Notes: generated from the letters alone by a model not told the origin. 64,000 nt of DNA from Candidatus Daviesbacteria bacterium (GCA_016432425.1 CP066688.1:726647-790646); one strand, 5' to 3'; shown: positions 18,291 through 27,680, counted from the stretch's first letter. Made by a program: numbers and translations.

Positions 18291-19201
18291 GAAATAAGTT
18301 AATTAGTTTAATTATCTTGATCGGATTGACATTTGCTATACCCGGATCCGCGATGGCAGATACCGAAGTGACATCGTCTAATTCCTCCACCGGTGCTGAC
18401 TCTACCAATACCACCAGCTCAACTGTCACCAATGATAACTCTGTTGTCAATAATAATACGTCAGTAGTTACCAATACCATTGATATTACGGGCTCAACAG
18501 GAGCCAACAGCGCCTCAGCTAACACCGGTGACGGTACAGTTGGTAGCGGCTCAATAGACGGCAATGTGGAGGTAAGCAGTACCGATAATCAAAATACTAC
18601 CCTTTTGACAGATAGCGGCAGCATCAATATTACCCAACAAAATACAGAGACCGGCAGTAATTCAACAAATTCCTCCAGCATTAATGTCAGCAATATCAAC
18701 ACCGTTACCAACACTAATGATTCTGTCAAAGAAAATAACTTAATTGTCGATCTTTCCACCGGAGGCAATATAGCAGATGGAAATAGCGGTGGAAGCAGTA
18801 TCACCAGCGGAGATATCACATTTAATGTCGGAGTCACTAATGTGGATAATATCAATGAAACAAATATTGGCCCACCGGCTCCGGGAGGAGTTTCTCAGCC
18901 ACCTGAGGGCCAGGGAGGACAACAGCCGCCACCCCAAGTAGGTGGCGGAGGAGCAGCCATAGCACAAGCCCTGGGAGGGCCAACAGAGGTTACTTCTGCC
19001 CAACCTGCAGGTGAAATATTGGGAATTTCCTCCTTGCCAATTACCGGCCCCACAATAAATCTTTGGATTTTAGCGCTGCTGGCTGCCTCTGTGGCATTGT
19101 TAGGTTGGTTTATGATTAACCGCTCCTACGCTTGGGAAAAAGCCTTAATTAGAAAAAGACTCTCCTTTTCAATTAAAACCCCGCCGAGAAGGCGGGGTTA
19201 A
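18287..19201 (+). CDS. Secreted repeat paralogue (2 repeats) with LPxTG-type sorting signal
   Basis: ATGA overlap with the upstream gene; signal peptide ending in AMA; Pro/Gly/Gln linker; LPITG, TM helix, KR-rich tail. Confidence 0.85.
   Translation: MRNKLISLIILIGLTFAIPGSAMADTEVTSSNSSTGADSTNTTSSTVTNDNSVVNNNTSVVTNTIDITGSTGANSASANTGDGTVGSGSIDGNVEVSSTDNQNTTLLTDSGSINITQQNTETGSNSTNSSSINVSNINTVTNTNDSVKENNLIVDLSTGGNIADGNSGGSSITSGDITFNVGVTNVDNINETNIGPPAPGGVSQPPEGQGGQQPPPQVGGGGAAIAQALGGPTEVTSAQPAGEILGISSLPITGPTINLWILALLAASVALLGWFMINRSYAWEKALIRKRLSFSIKTPPRRRG
19177..19199. terminator. Hairpin between convergent genes
   Basis: aaccccgcc-gagaa-ggcggggtt. Confidence 0.6.
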
Positions 19202-19230
19202 TAATACCTTAACTATAACTCTTCCCTAAA

Positions 19231-19428
19231 TTATTTCTTTCCACCATCCATTAACAACATGTAAACTTTATACACTCCTACCACACCGATGACAATATAA
19301 ACTACTTTAGTTAAAGTAGTACCCGTACCCAAGATTGCTTCAACTAAATTCAGGTTGAGCAAACCAACTAGTCCCCAGTTAACAGCTGCTATAGCTACTA
19401 CCCAACCGACTAAAGCTTTGGTACCCAT
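19231..19428 (-). CDS. DUF378 family small membrane protein
   Basis: AVNWGLVGLLNLNLV...VYIVIG; SD GGAGGTGA. Confidence 0.85.
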   Translation of the reverse strand: MGTKALVGWVVAIAAVNWGLVGLLNLNLVEAILGTGTTLTKVVYIVIGVVGVYKVYMLLMDGGKK

Positions 19429-19499
19429 TTATATCACCTCCCCTCTATACTCCATTTTAGACACAAAAATATGGATGGTGTCAAATGGTAAAATTACTT

Positions 19500-22400
19500 T
19501 TAACGAAGAGAACGTGGAGTTGGCACTGAAGGTCTAACCGCTCCGATAATCTTTTCTAGACTTAAAAGATGTTGTTGTGGCGTATCGAATACCCGCAGTA
19601 TTCCCCATAAACCATCATTTAAATGATTGAAAAAGACGTTACATTTGAATAAAAAGTCCCCCGCAACACTCCCCGCACCTCCACCTCCCAAAAGCGTCAA
19701 ATTAAAAGCCCTGCCGGTATTAATACCTCCTTGAGTGTTTAGTATCGTTGATTGCGGATCATTTTGCTCATGCATCCAACTGTGTCCATGAAGATTAAAA
19801 GCATGTCCCCGAGGTTTATCTTGCGGATTAAAAACCCTCAAGACAACCGGATCACCTTTGTAAGCTTGAAATACCGGCGTGGCCGGGTCATTGTGTCCCA
19901 CTTCCGGATTGGAACTGAAAATCCATGCCTCTTCGCCCTCATGGGCAAGCCGGTTGGCAAAACGCTCTGCCCGGTAATTAATACCTTTATGCCCTTGGTC
20001 TTCCGGATCTGTCTTTCTTGGGGTATTGGAATCCTCTATATCCTCATGGCCTTCTTTAAGATCAGGAATTGGCAGATTGTTTTTACTAAAGAGGTTTAGA
20101 CCATCCTGAAAGGCAATTACAAACTCCCGAAAAGCTTTATATTTTCTCTCCGCTTGATCAAAATACTTAATCACTGCCGACTCCCCGCTTTCTGTTGGAG
20201 TACCTTTTTGAGGATCTAGATAAGTGGCAAATTTATGTTCAACTATTAAGCCCCCAAAAAGTCCATGGTGGCGATGCCCGCGGATGTCCCCAAAATCCGC
20301 CAAATTTATAATCCCCAAATTTTTAGTATCAACGTACCATTTGTAGCTAATGGTTTCCCCTGGTGCTATTGTCTGATCAAAATTATATCCTACAGTTGCC
20401 CCATCTGAACCAACCACGTCATATTTTAAAAGATGGGGGTGTAGGGAAACTCTTTTGCTGGTATTCCACCGAGGATTACTATCCTCTTTCTTTTCTTCTT
20501 CCTCCACACCACAGGAGTCAGCGCCAAACGCCTGATTGCAAACCGTCCCATCAGCAAGTTTAGGAAAAATATCTTCCGGCGGATGGGTATCACCCACATG
20601 GGGTTTAATCCCTTCTGTCGGCAGTAAATTTTTCAGTGTGATATTAATACAATCTCCTTCATTAGCCCGGATAAATAAAGGTTTATCAGAAGGAATTGGT
20701 TTATTGGCTTTGTCCAATAAAGTATACATCAGGCCATTGGGATCATGGTCTCCCTCGCCGTTATAGACAATTTTTTTAGAGATAGCTCCTAATTTGTAGT
20801 TTCGTTGTGGCGCTCCCGGCAAACAAGGATTTCCCGGACTCTTAGCTTTTTTCAAAGGTTCTCCTGGTTTTAAAGCTGGCCACTGCGAAGTGGCAACCGG
20901 AGGCTTATTTTGGGGCAATGGTTTTAGATCAGGAGTTTGTGAGGCAAAAACCCTCATAATTCCCCACATTCCGTTCCATAAATCATCCATCGGTAAAGAT
21001 CCATACAAATAATCGCCAGAAGATCCGGCCCCACCCAACAAGATTTGAGTTGCTCCGTGTATCATCTCTCCAATTTCCCTGGCTCTTTCTGCACCCGATA
21101 ACCTTTTAACCAATTTTGTCCCCTGAAGCTCAAAATTAAAAAACTCCGCAATGTTCATTGATTGGGCATCATACAAATTAGACTGGGGATCATCGGGCTC
21201 ATGTAGCCAACGATGGCCATGAATATTAAAATTATGTTGTTCTTCGTGAGCGCCTTGCACGAGACGGACCACAATCGGATCCCCCCGGTAAGCTTTAAAA
21301 ATCGGCGTGGCCGGATCTCCAAAAACAGCGGAACTAAAAATGTAGGCAGGATCATTTTTATTGGCAATTGAAGAAGGCAGATGCGGGTTGATTCTGATTT
21401 GGAAAGGTTCGTTGCGGTAGTTAACAGTCATGGTCCCCTGGTCTGCGCCATAATCTCCAGCTCCATCCATACCTCTGGGGGAAATCGGCACTATATCTTT
21501 CTCTGCAGGCCCTTGGTTTCCGGGTAAATCCGGAGCAGGCCTAAAGCCAGGCACAAAATCAGCGTAAAAAATACTAAATTCCCTAAAACTGGTACCCTTA
21601 GGAACAATAATATTAGCCGTCGTTCCCACCCCATCGCTGGAAGAACCATCTGGTTTTTCCCAGGTAGAACCATCTGGCTCCACATTCCAGGCAGCATAAA
21701 GACCATGCTGCTGGCCGGTGTTGGGAAATTGATGATCGTGGAAAAATACTGTCCGAAGATTCATATCCACAAAAAGCCTGCTGCCAATTGTTTGACCGGC
21801 CAGCGCTGACTGATCATAATTCCAACCGACCGAAGTTCCGTCAGAACTTAATAAATCGTACATAAAAAGATGCGTATGAACACTTAATTCGCTCATTGGT
21901 CCTTGATGATGAAAAATCTGGTCTTCAAACAGATCTTTTTCCCCATCTCCATGGATATCTACCGGCACAGGTTGGCCTACATTTTCAGGATTATTTAAAT
22001 CATCCTCATGGGTAAGGTTGGTAAAACGGATATTGGCGCATTCACCAACCTGGTTACGGATGACATAAGGTTCAGGCTTTTCTTTGCCGGATAAAACATC
22101 TTGAAGATGTGATTTTTCCACGTATAGTTTTCCGTCGGGATCTTGCCACCCACCTGTCCCGTTACCGCTTTCATTCATCACTAACGCTTTAAATGTGGGA
22201 TGGTCCGGATCAGCATCAATCGCCACCGGGTGATAGGTTCTTTCTTTAGCACCTGTTGGGCAAGGGTCCTGATAAAAAACGCCAGGTGTGGTATCACTCC
22301 CGGGTCGGCCGTTATTGCCGGCCATATTGGTTTTTTCCAACTCGGTTGGTTTTCTGACGGTATCTCCAGGGCGCCTGAGCGGTTTGTTATTTGCATCAGT

Positions 22401-24017
22401 TTGATAAGGGTCTTCAACCACAAAATTTGGCGGACGGTAAGCTTTTTGTAGAAACTGGCCTTTGATAAACAAAGGGAAACCCGGTTGTACCTCGGTGGGA
22501 GCAACTGTCAGTCCTTTTCTGTCTGGTAGTTCCTGCAGGGTTTCGATTGGTGTTCCGTCAGGATAAACTTGGTTATATTCTGTATTGCGAAGTTTGTCAA
22601 AGGTCCGCAAGGTCCCCCAAAAACCTTGGGCAAAATGAGGGTAAAGATGGCAGTGAAAAATAGCATCACCTGGTGATCCGGGAGCGGCGCCAGCCCCCTT
22701 CTCATAGCGTAACTGAAAAGTTTGTCCCGGCCCAGTCAGTTGAACATCTAATCGAGTGGAGTTGGGATCATCCGGTTCATGAAACCAGCGATGTTGATGT
22801 TGATGAAAAGTATGATGTTCTTTTTCTCCGGGATGAATAATACGAAAGCGCAGCGGATCACCCACATAAGCCTTGGGTATTAGATTGTCACTATCAACAA
22901 CAATTTTCCCACCCTCTGTTTTAGAAACCAGCTTGCCATGGTCTCCAAACGGCCAGGATTGCAGATGTACTTCCTCACTAAAACATTTAGCTGATTGATC
23001 AGGAGCGATCTCCTTTAAGTCGGTATCAAAACCGTCACAGAAATTATCTGTTGGTAAAATAACTCTCCCGTTTGGCAAAGTCACAATTTTACCGGCTCGA
23101 TGATCTAAAATAGCCCGCAATCTATTACGGAGCGGTTCAGAACGGTAATTAAAACCGAAAGTGGAGTCTTCTAAATTAGTGGTAGGAAAAGTCGGATGCG
23201 ATCCTGAAGCATCAATAATTTCTTCATTTTCATCTAAAAATACCAAAGCGTAATCTCTAAAGTCATTGGGATTTTCTTTATCTCCTCCGGGTACTTCAAT
23301 ATCTGCAAAAACCGGCGTCTCGACACCGATTAGCTTCCCTGCAATATCTTTTAAAATTTCAGCTCCGGTAACAGGATTTCTCCAAACAGAACCTTTGGGT
23401 TCAACAATAAATCCCCCGTAAAGACCAATCTTCATGGTGTTTTTTTCACTGGCAGGATTAGTATTGGCCATATCATTAATGGGGAACTGGCCTTCGTTTT
23501 CGGCATACCAGACGTAGACTCTTTCCTCTCCTGTGGCAGCAGTGGTATCATTGTTGAGGCCGACGCGGCTGCCGTCAGAGGTCTTTGGGTCATAAGATAA
23601 ACCTGCTATTGTCATACCTACCCGCTTATCCGGAACCTCATTTTTAAAACGGACTACCACACAATCCCCCGCATTGGCCCGAAGCACCAAAGGAGAAGCC
23701 AAATTTTTATTGCCTAAAATGCTGTCTTTATTGGGGAAAGCCTGAGGGTTATTTAAAGCGTAGATGTTAGCTTTTGTAAAACGGTCACCCCAACCATTTA
23801 GAGGTAAGTCTGATACTTCAAAAGCGGCTACATCATAATAAATAGTCCGCTCTGATTTTTTATCCTGACAGATTTTAGTATTTCCAGTCTCTGGATGATC
23901 GGATGAGTAAAGTGCCAAAACATGATGTTGTTTGAAAAGAAGAAAAAATACAGTTATTAAAAAGCCCACAAAAAGTAGGCATATTCTAAGCTTAAAATAA
24001 TTAATATTTAAATGCAT
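19500..24017 (-). CDS. Large exported multicopper oxidase (MnxG-like multi-cupredoxin protein)
   Basis: N-terminal hydrophobic segment; Cu motifs HTFHQHQHRW, HCHLYPHFAQG, VHTH, FHDH, HNFNIHGH, LHPH, HRHHG, HAFNLHGH; recurring LRANxGDC and GLWG. Confidence 0.88.
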   Translation of the reverse strand: MHLNINYFKLRICLLFVGFLITVFFLLFKQHHVLALYSSDHPETGNTKICQDKKSERTIYYDVAAFEVSDLPLNGWGDRFTKANIYALNNPQAFPNKDSILGNKNLASPLVLRANAGDCVVVRFKNEVPDKRVGMTIAGLSYDPKTSDGSRVGLNNDTTAATGEERVYVWYAENEGQFPINDMANTNPASEKNTMKIGLYGGFIVEPKGSVWRNPVTGAEILKDIAGKLIGVETPVFADIEVPGGDKENPNDFRDYALVFLDENEEIIDASGSHPTFPTTNLEDSTFGFNYRSEPLRNRLRAILDHRAGKIVTLPNGRVILPTDNFCDGFDTDLKEIAPDQSAKCFSEEVHLQSWPFGDHGKLVSKTEGGKIVVDSDNLIPKAYVGDPLRFRIIHPGEKEHHTFHQHQHRWFHEPDDPNSTRLDVQLTGPGQTFQLRYEKGAGAAPGSPGDAIFHCHLYPHFAQGFWGTLRTFDKLRNTEYNQVYPDGTPIETLQELPDRKGLTVAPTEVQPGFPLFIKGQFLQKAYRPPNFVVEDPYQTDANNKPLRRPGDTVRKPTELEKTNMAGNNGRPGSDTTPGVFYQDPCPTGAKERTYHPVAIDADPDHPTFKALVMNESGNGTGGWQDPDGKLYVEKSHLQDVLSGKEKPEPYVIRNQVGECANIRFTNLTHEDDLNNPENVGQPVPVDIHGDGEKDLFEDQIFHHQGPMSELSVHTHLFMYDLLSSDGTSVGWNYDQSALAGQTIGSRLFVDMNLRTVFFHDHQFPNTGQQHGLYAAWNVEPDGSTWEKPDGSSSDGVGTTANIIVPKGTSFREFSIFYADFVPGFRPAPDLPGNQGPAEKDIVPISPRGMDGAGDYGADQGTMTVNYRNEPFQIRINPHLPSSIANKNDPAYIFSSAVFGDPATPIFKAYRGDPIVVRLVQGAHEEQHNFNIHGHRWLHEPDDPQSNLYDAQSMNIAEFFNFELQGTKLVKRLSGAERAREIGEMIHGATQILLGGAGSSGDYLYGSLPMDDLWNGMWGIMRVFASQTPDLKPLPQNKPPVATSQWPALKPGEPLKKAKSPGNPCLPGAPQRNYKLGAISKKIVYNGEGDHDPNGLMYTLLDKANKPIPSDKPLFIRANEGDCINITLKNLLPTEGIKPHVGDTHPPEDIFPKLADGTVCNQAFGADSCGVEEEEKKEDSNPRWNTSKRVSLHPHLLKYDVVGSDGATVGYNFDQTIAPGETISYKWYVDTKNLGIINLADFGDIRGHRHHGLFGGLIVEHKFATYLDPQKGTPTESGESAVIKYFDQAERKYKAFREFVIAFQDGLNLFSKNNLPIPDLKEGHEDIEDSNTPRKTDPEDQGHKGINYRAERFANRLAHEGEEAWIFSSNPEVGHNDPATPVFQAYKGDPVVLRVFNPQDKPRGHAFNLHGHSWMHEQNDPQSTILNTQGGINTGRAFNLTLLGGGGAGSVAGDFLFKCNVFFNHLNDGLWGILRVFDTPQQHLLSLEKIIGAVRPSVPTPRSLR

Positions 24018-24141
24018 TAAAAAAGGGATTTTAGAAAAATAATTAAGATTTTAGATCTTATTAATTAATTTATCTGGCGCCGCTAATAAACAAATAAGAA
24101 AACTGTAGGAAATTAGTAAAAGTACATAAGGAACTTTTTGT

Positions 24142-24432
24142 TTATCTAGCTATAGTCAATTCCAGTGGGAGAACTATTCCTGCTTGATCTTCAAGATTAC
24201 CCACTCTTTTATTTAGTTTACTAATATTATCTTTATTATTTTCCGTATTTACTGCTATTTGATTCAAGGTTACTTTTTGTGCATCCAAATCTTCTTGTAC
24301 TTCAGTCATATTTTCAGTTAATTTAACAGTTTGCTCCCATAGAGTATCAAGTTTTTTTACAACTGGTTCCAAAGCAGTATTAACCTCTTCCTTAACTACT
24401 CCCCGGATTTGATTTAGATCATCATTAATCAT
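24142..24432 (-). CDS. Hypothetical coiled-coil protein
   Basis: Heptad pattern; TATAAT 8 nt upstream. Confidence 0.6.
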   Translation of the reverse strand: MINDDLNQIRGVVKEEVNTALEPVVKKLDTLWEQTVKLTENMTEVQEDLDAQKVTLNQIAVNTENNKDNISKLNKRVGNLEDQAGIVLPLELTIAR

Positions 24433-24548
24433 AGATTTATATTATAAAAAATAACCTTAAGATTCAAGATAGATCATTTCAAATGGTAAAATTGCCCAAG
24501 TTTAAGGTATAATGATTTTGAAATTATCTTGATGGGAGGTGAGGAATT

Positions 24549-24797
24549 TTGGATAAAGTAATAGGTAAAGTAGTCCATTACTATGATAAATTAGGAGTGG
24601 CCATTATTGATCTGGAAACAGGTGGGTTAAAGATGGGAGATCAAGTTAAATTCAAACATGGTGAGGAAGAATTTACTCAGAAAGTGGAATCCTTACAGGT
24701 TGATCATGAAAATGTGGAATCTGTTAAAAAAGGAGATTCGTTTGGAGTAAAGGTTGATAACCCCACAAAACCAGGTACTGAAGTTTATCTTGCTTAA
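24549..24797 (+). CDS. Small beta-barrel protein (U32 peptidase C-terminal/elongation-factor-like)
   Basis: IGKVVHYYDKLGVA...LKMGD...FTQKVESLQ; SD GGAGGTGA with TTG start. Confidence 0.7.
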   Translation: MDKVIGKVVHYYDKLGVAIIDLETGGLKMGDQVKFKHGEEEFTQKVESLQVDHENVESVKKGDSFGVKVDNPTKPGTEVYLA

Positions 24798-24841
24798 GAT
24801 ATTATATTCGAGAGTAAGTTCATAATCTGTCCAAAACACAT

Positions 24842-24912
24842 TGCGGGATCGTCTAACGGTAGGACAACAGACTTTGGATCTGTTTATCATGGTTCGAATC
24901 CATGTCCCGCAG
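24842..24912 (+). tRNA. tRNA-Gln(TTG)
   Basis: acaga-CT TTG GA-tctgt; GTTCGAATC. Confidence 0.93.
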
Positions 24913-24999
24913 CCCATTCGACTCTGGTTCGACTACTTCGACTGTGCTCAGTACGAGTTCGCTCACCATCGCTCAGGGCTATAGCCGAATTATATAATT
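24910..24999 (+). repeat. 90-bp direct repeat, copy 1 (nested palindromic element)
   Basis: Identical to 26110..26199. Confidence 0.95.
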
Positions 25000-25059
25000 G
25001 AATTAATTCAGGATTTAAGTCGAATGGTCCTGAGTGAGCGAAGCGAATCGAAGGATAAC

Positions 25060-25332
25060 ATGCCCTATTTTGTTTATATTCTTAGAACCTCCTCTCAGAC
25101 ACTTTATATTGGACAAACTAATAATCTAGAAAAAAGGTTAAAAGAACATCAAAATAAAACTAGTAAATCTGCTAAGTACATTAAATACTTTGATTCATGT
25201 CAACTGGTTTATACGGAAGAATACCCTACAAGAATTGAAGCCATGAGGAGAGAATTTCAGCTAAAAAAATGGACAAAAGCCAAAAAAGAGTCACTAATAA
25301 GTGGTAATATCAAGCTGTTAAAAAAACTATGA
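25060..25332 (+). CDS. Stand-alone GIY-YIG nuclease
   Basis: YFVYIL...LYIGQTNNLEKRLKEH...AMRREFQLKKW...KE. The upstream ATG at 25024 lies in a palindromic repeat, so the start is placed at 25060. Confidence 0.9.
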   Translation: MPYFVYILRTSSQTLYIGQTNNLEKRLKEHQNKTSKSAKYIKYFDSCQLVYTEEYPTRIEAMRREFQLKKWTKAKKESLISGNIKLLKKL

Positions 25333-25379
25333 ACTTACTAATATTCGATTCTAGGTTGAAATGTTAGGAAAAATCCCGA

Positions 25380-25421
25380 GGTGTCAACCTAATCCACCCC
25401 CGGGGTGGAAAATGGAATTAC
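25380..25421 (+). repeat. ~40-bp repeat with tccacccccggggtgga palindrome, copy 1
   Basis: Near-identical to 26281..26320. Confidence 0.8.
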
Positions 25422-25468
25422 TTCACTATGTGGGTTTCTAGAAAATGAAGAATAAATAATAAGCACTT

Positions 25469-26044
25469 TTAAAAAGAATGGGCTGCAATTATTACAATAA
25501 ATATCCCTATCGTGTTCAAAAGAAAGGTAAGTAGTAAAAATTGCCAGTTTTTTAACTTGGATGCTCCCAATAATCCTATCCCAACCTCGTCGGGGAATGG
25601 CGAAGCAATTATAAATGCTCCAAAGAGTGGCAAAAACCAAGCAAAGTACGGAGTTTTGAATAACTTAACAAGTAAATTACCTCCATTACTAAGGAATAGC
25701 GGTTTTAGTTCGTCAAATACTCTATCCCTTAAAAACCTAAATATTAAATAATCACCAATAACTGCCCCAGCCCCTGCAAATATTGCTACTAATAGAGGAT
25801 TTAAAGTATCAGCTAGAAAGAACAATAATACTGCTGCAGGGGCGACTGTAAAAATAGAAACAAATAGAATACCCCCGATAAATGCCCCAATATAACCAAA
25901 ATTACCAACAGTAGAAATTATATTCTTTGCAAATGGGTGGTCAGCAAAGATAAAGAATATAACCAAGCTTAAAACTAGTAATGCAGTATTTTTATAGTTC
26001 CAGTTTGTCCATTTTGAAGTGACATGCAAAATTTTTTCTTCCAT
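25469..26044 (-). CDS. VTT/DedA-like membrane protein
   Basis: GAGAVIGDYLIF, SPFPDE, several TM helices. Confidence 0.7.
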   Translation of the reverse strand: MEEKILHVTSKWTNWNYKNTALLVLSLVIFFIFADHPFAKNIISTVGNFGYIGAFIGGILFVSIFTVAPAAVLLFFLADTLNPLLVAIFAGAGAVIGDYLIFRFLRDRVFDELKPLFLSNGGNLLVKLFKTPYFAWFLPLFGAFIIASPFPDEVGIGLLGASKLKNWQFLLLTFLLNTIGIFIVIIAAHSF

Positions 26045-26109
26045 AATTATACTCTAGCATAATTCCATAAGTAGTCTTTATAATAAGTTCCAACATAGTC
26101 AACCAGTGC

Positions 26110-26199
26110 CAGCCCATTCGACTCTGGTTCGACTACTTCGACTGTGCTCAGTACGAGTTCGCTCACCATCGCTCAGGGCTATAGCCGAATTATATAATT
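26110..26199 (+). repeat. 90-bp direct repeat, copy 2
   Basis: Identical to 24910..24999, exactly 1200 bp downstream. Confidence 0.95.
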
Positions 26200-26280
26200 T
26201 CTCTATTTATAGAAGCTAACTTCACCATTTCTGTTACCAGAGATGAGGTTAGAAATTACTTATTATAGGTAAGTTCCTTT

Positions 26281-26320
26281 GGTGCCAACCTAATCCACCC
26301 CCCAGGTGGATTGAAATTAC
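26281..26320 (+). repeat. ~40-bp repeat, copy 2
   Basis: ggtgccaacctaatccaccccccaggtggattgaaattac versus the 25380 copy. Confidence 0.8.
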
Positions 26321-26363
26321 AATATACCTATCTGAGAATAGGTTGAAAACTTGACTAACTGCC

Positions 26364-27680
26364 ATGTTATATTTTACAAAGTATAGATATAGGATAAAAA
26401 ATTTCTTTTCCATGGGTTCTCACTCGAAACTGCGAAAAAGTATCTACCAAAATCTCTTGGATCTTTGTACCGAGGAAGGGATTACTGCTTCCTCCCGAGA
26501 GGAAATTTTTGGTTGTATTTTTGGTCGGGATACTGCTTTAACTGTGTTAAAAATCCTGCGGGTTCATAGCAAAAATCCCAGCTTGCAACTTTTAGAAACT
26601 GCCAGAAAAGCCCTGCTGACTATGGTGGCTCTGCAAGGGAATACTCACAACTTGGAAAGTGGTGAACAGCCAGGTAAATTTATTCATGAGTACAGAACTG
26701 AGCGTTTTGAGCATTTGCTCATTTTAGAAAAACCTTGGTTTGTTTATCCTGATGGAGCTCTTAAAAATTATGACTCCCTGGACTGTACCCCCTTAACTTT
26801 AATTGCTATTTATAAATATTGGCAAATTACGGAGGACAGTCAATTTTTGCTGAGTGTTTTACCAGCGGTGGAGGCAGGACTAAATTGGCTGCTTAGCTGT
26901 GGCGATTTGGACCAAGATGGTCTGGTGGAATATAATTTACCAAAAAGAGCGCATGGAGGTTTAGTAGTACAGTCTTGGACAGATTCTCATGAATCAATCC
27001 GCCAAGCTGATGGTTTCTTTCCCAAATACCCCATTGCTCCGGTGGAAGTACAGGCTTTTGCCTGGTTAGCTTTATGGTTGTGGGCACATTATTTTGAGCT
27101 TAAGAGTCCCAAATTTGCTAAATTACTGCAAAAATCTGCCCAAAAATTAAAAAAAGCTTTTAATAAAAAATTCATCATTAATGATAAGAAGTTATATTAC
27201 GGAGCCCAGGCTTTAGATGGAGATAAGAAACCAATTAAAACTATTACTGGCAATCCCTTACTTTGTCTCTGGGCCACTCTGGAGAAAAATGGCCGCAGAG
27301 AGTGTATTTTGGAAGGTAGCTATATTGGGGATTTTGTTGCTCGCGCTTTTAAAAAAGACCTTTTTGACCCCGAAGCAGGAATTAGAACTATGAGTACTAA
27401 ATCCCCCACTTTTAATCCCAACCAAGACTGCTACCATAACGGTAGTTTTTGGCCCATTTTAAACGGTTTAATCCATGAAGGTTTGGAGATTTGGGGATTT
27501 GCCAAAGAAGCTAAAAAATTAAAACAGGCCTCACTCAAAGCCATTCTTTATTTTGGAACTCCCCTTGAGCTTTATATTAAAAATGGCCAAGGTCTTCTGG
27601 AATACCAATCTCCTACTGGCCAGCAGGGTTGCAGAGTTCAAGCTTGGTCAGCAGCCGCCACCCTGGATTTAATAACTTGA
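26364..27680 (+). CDS. Amylo-alpha-1,6-glucosidase/glycogen-debranching-like glycoside hydrolase
   Basis: FGRD, EQPGKFIHE, QSWTDS, PIAPVEVQ, YHNGSFWP, QAWSAA. Confidence 0.85.
   Translation: MLYFTKYRYRIKNFFSMGSHSKLRKSIYQNLLDLCTEEGITASSREEIFGCIFGRDTALTVLKILRVHSKNPSLQLLETARKALLTMVALQGNTHNLESGEQPGKFIHEYRTERFEHLLILEKPWFVYPDGALKNYDSLDCTPLTLIAIYKYWQITEDSQFLLSVLPAVEAGLNWLLSCGDLDQDGLVEYNLPKRAHGGLVVQSWTDSHESIRQADGFFPKYPIAPVEVQAFAWLALWLWAHYFELKSPKFAKLLQKSAQKLKKAFNKKFIINDKKLYYGAQALDGDKKPIKTITGNPLLCLWATLEKNGRRECILEGSYIGDFVARAFKKDLFDPEAGIRTMSTKSPTFNPNQDCYHNGSFWPILNGLIHEGLEIWGFAKEAKKLKQASLKAILYFGTPLELYIKNGQGLLEYQSPTGQQGCRVQAWSAAATLDLIT

Noticed and set aside
14087-18855. Long minus-strand ORFs (559, 168, 218, 335, 99, 88 aa)
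   Set aside because: Antisense shadows of the Thr/Asn/Asp-rich genes; signal peptides, SD and anchors are all on the plus strand.
24693-24917. 74-aa minus ORF; likewise 35761..35943 and 39278..39502
   Set aside because: These overlap tRNA genes (antisense, or same strand for 35761..35943).
25024-25059. MVLSERSESKDN extension of the GIY-YIG protein
   Set aside because: It is the translation of a palindromic repeat; ATG 25060 fits the family start.
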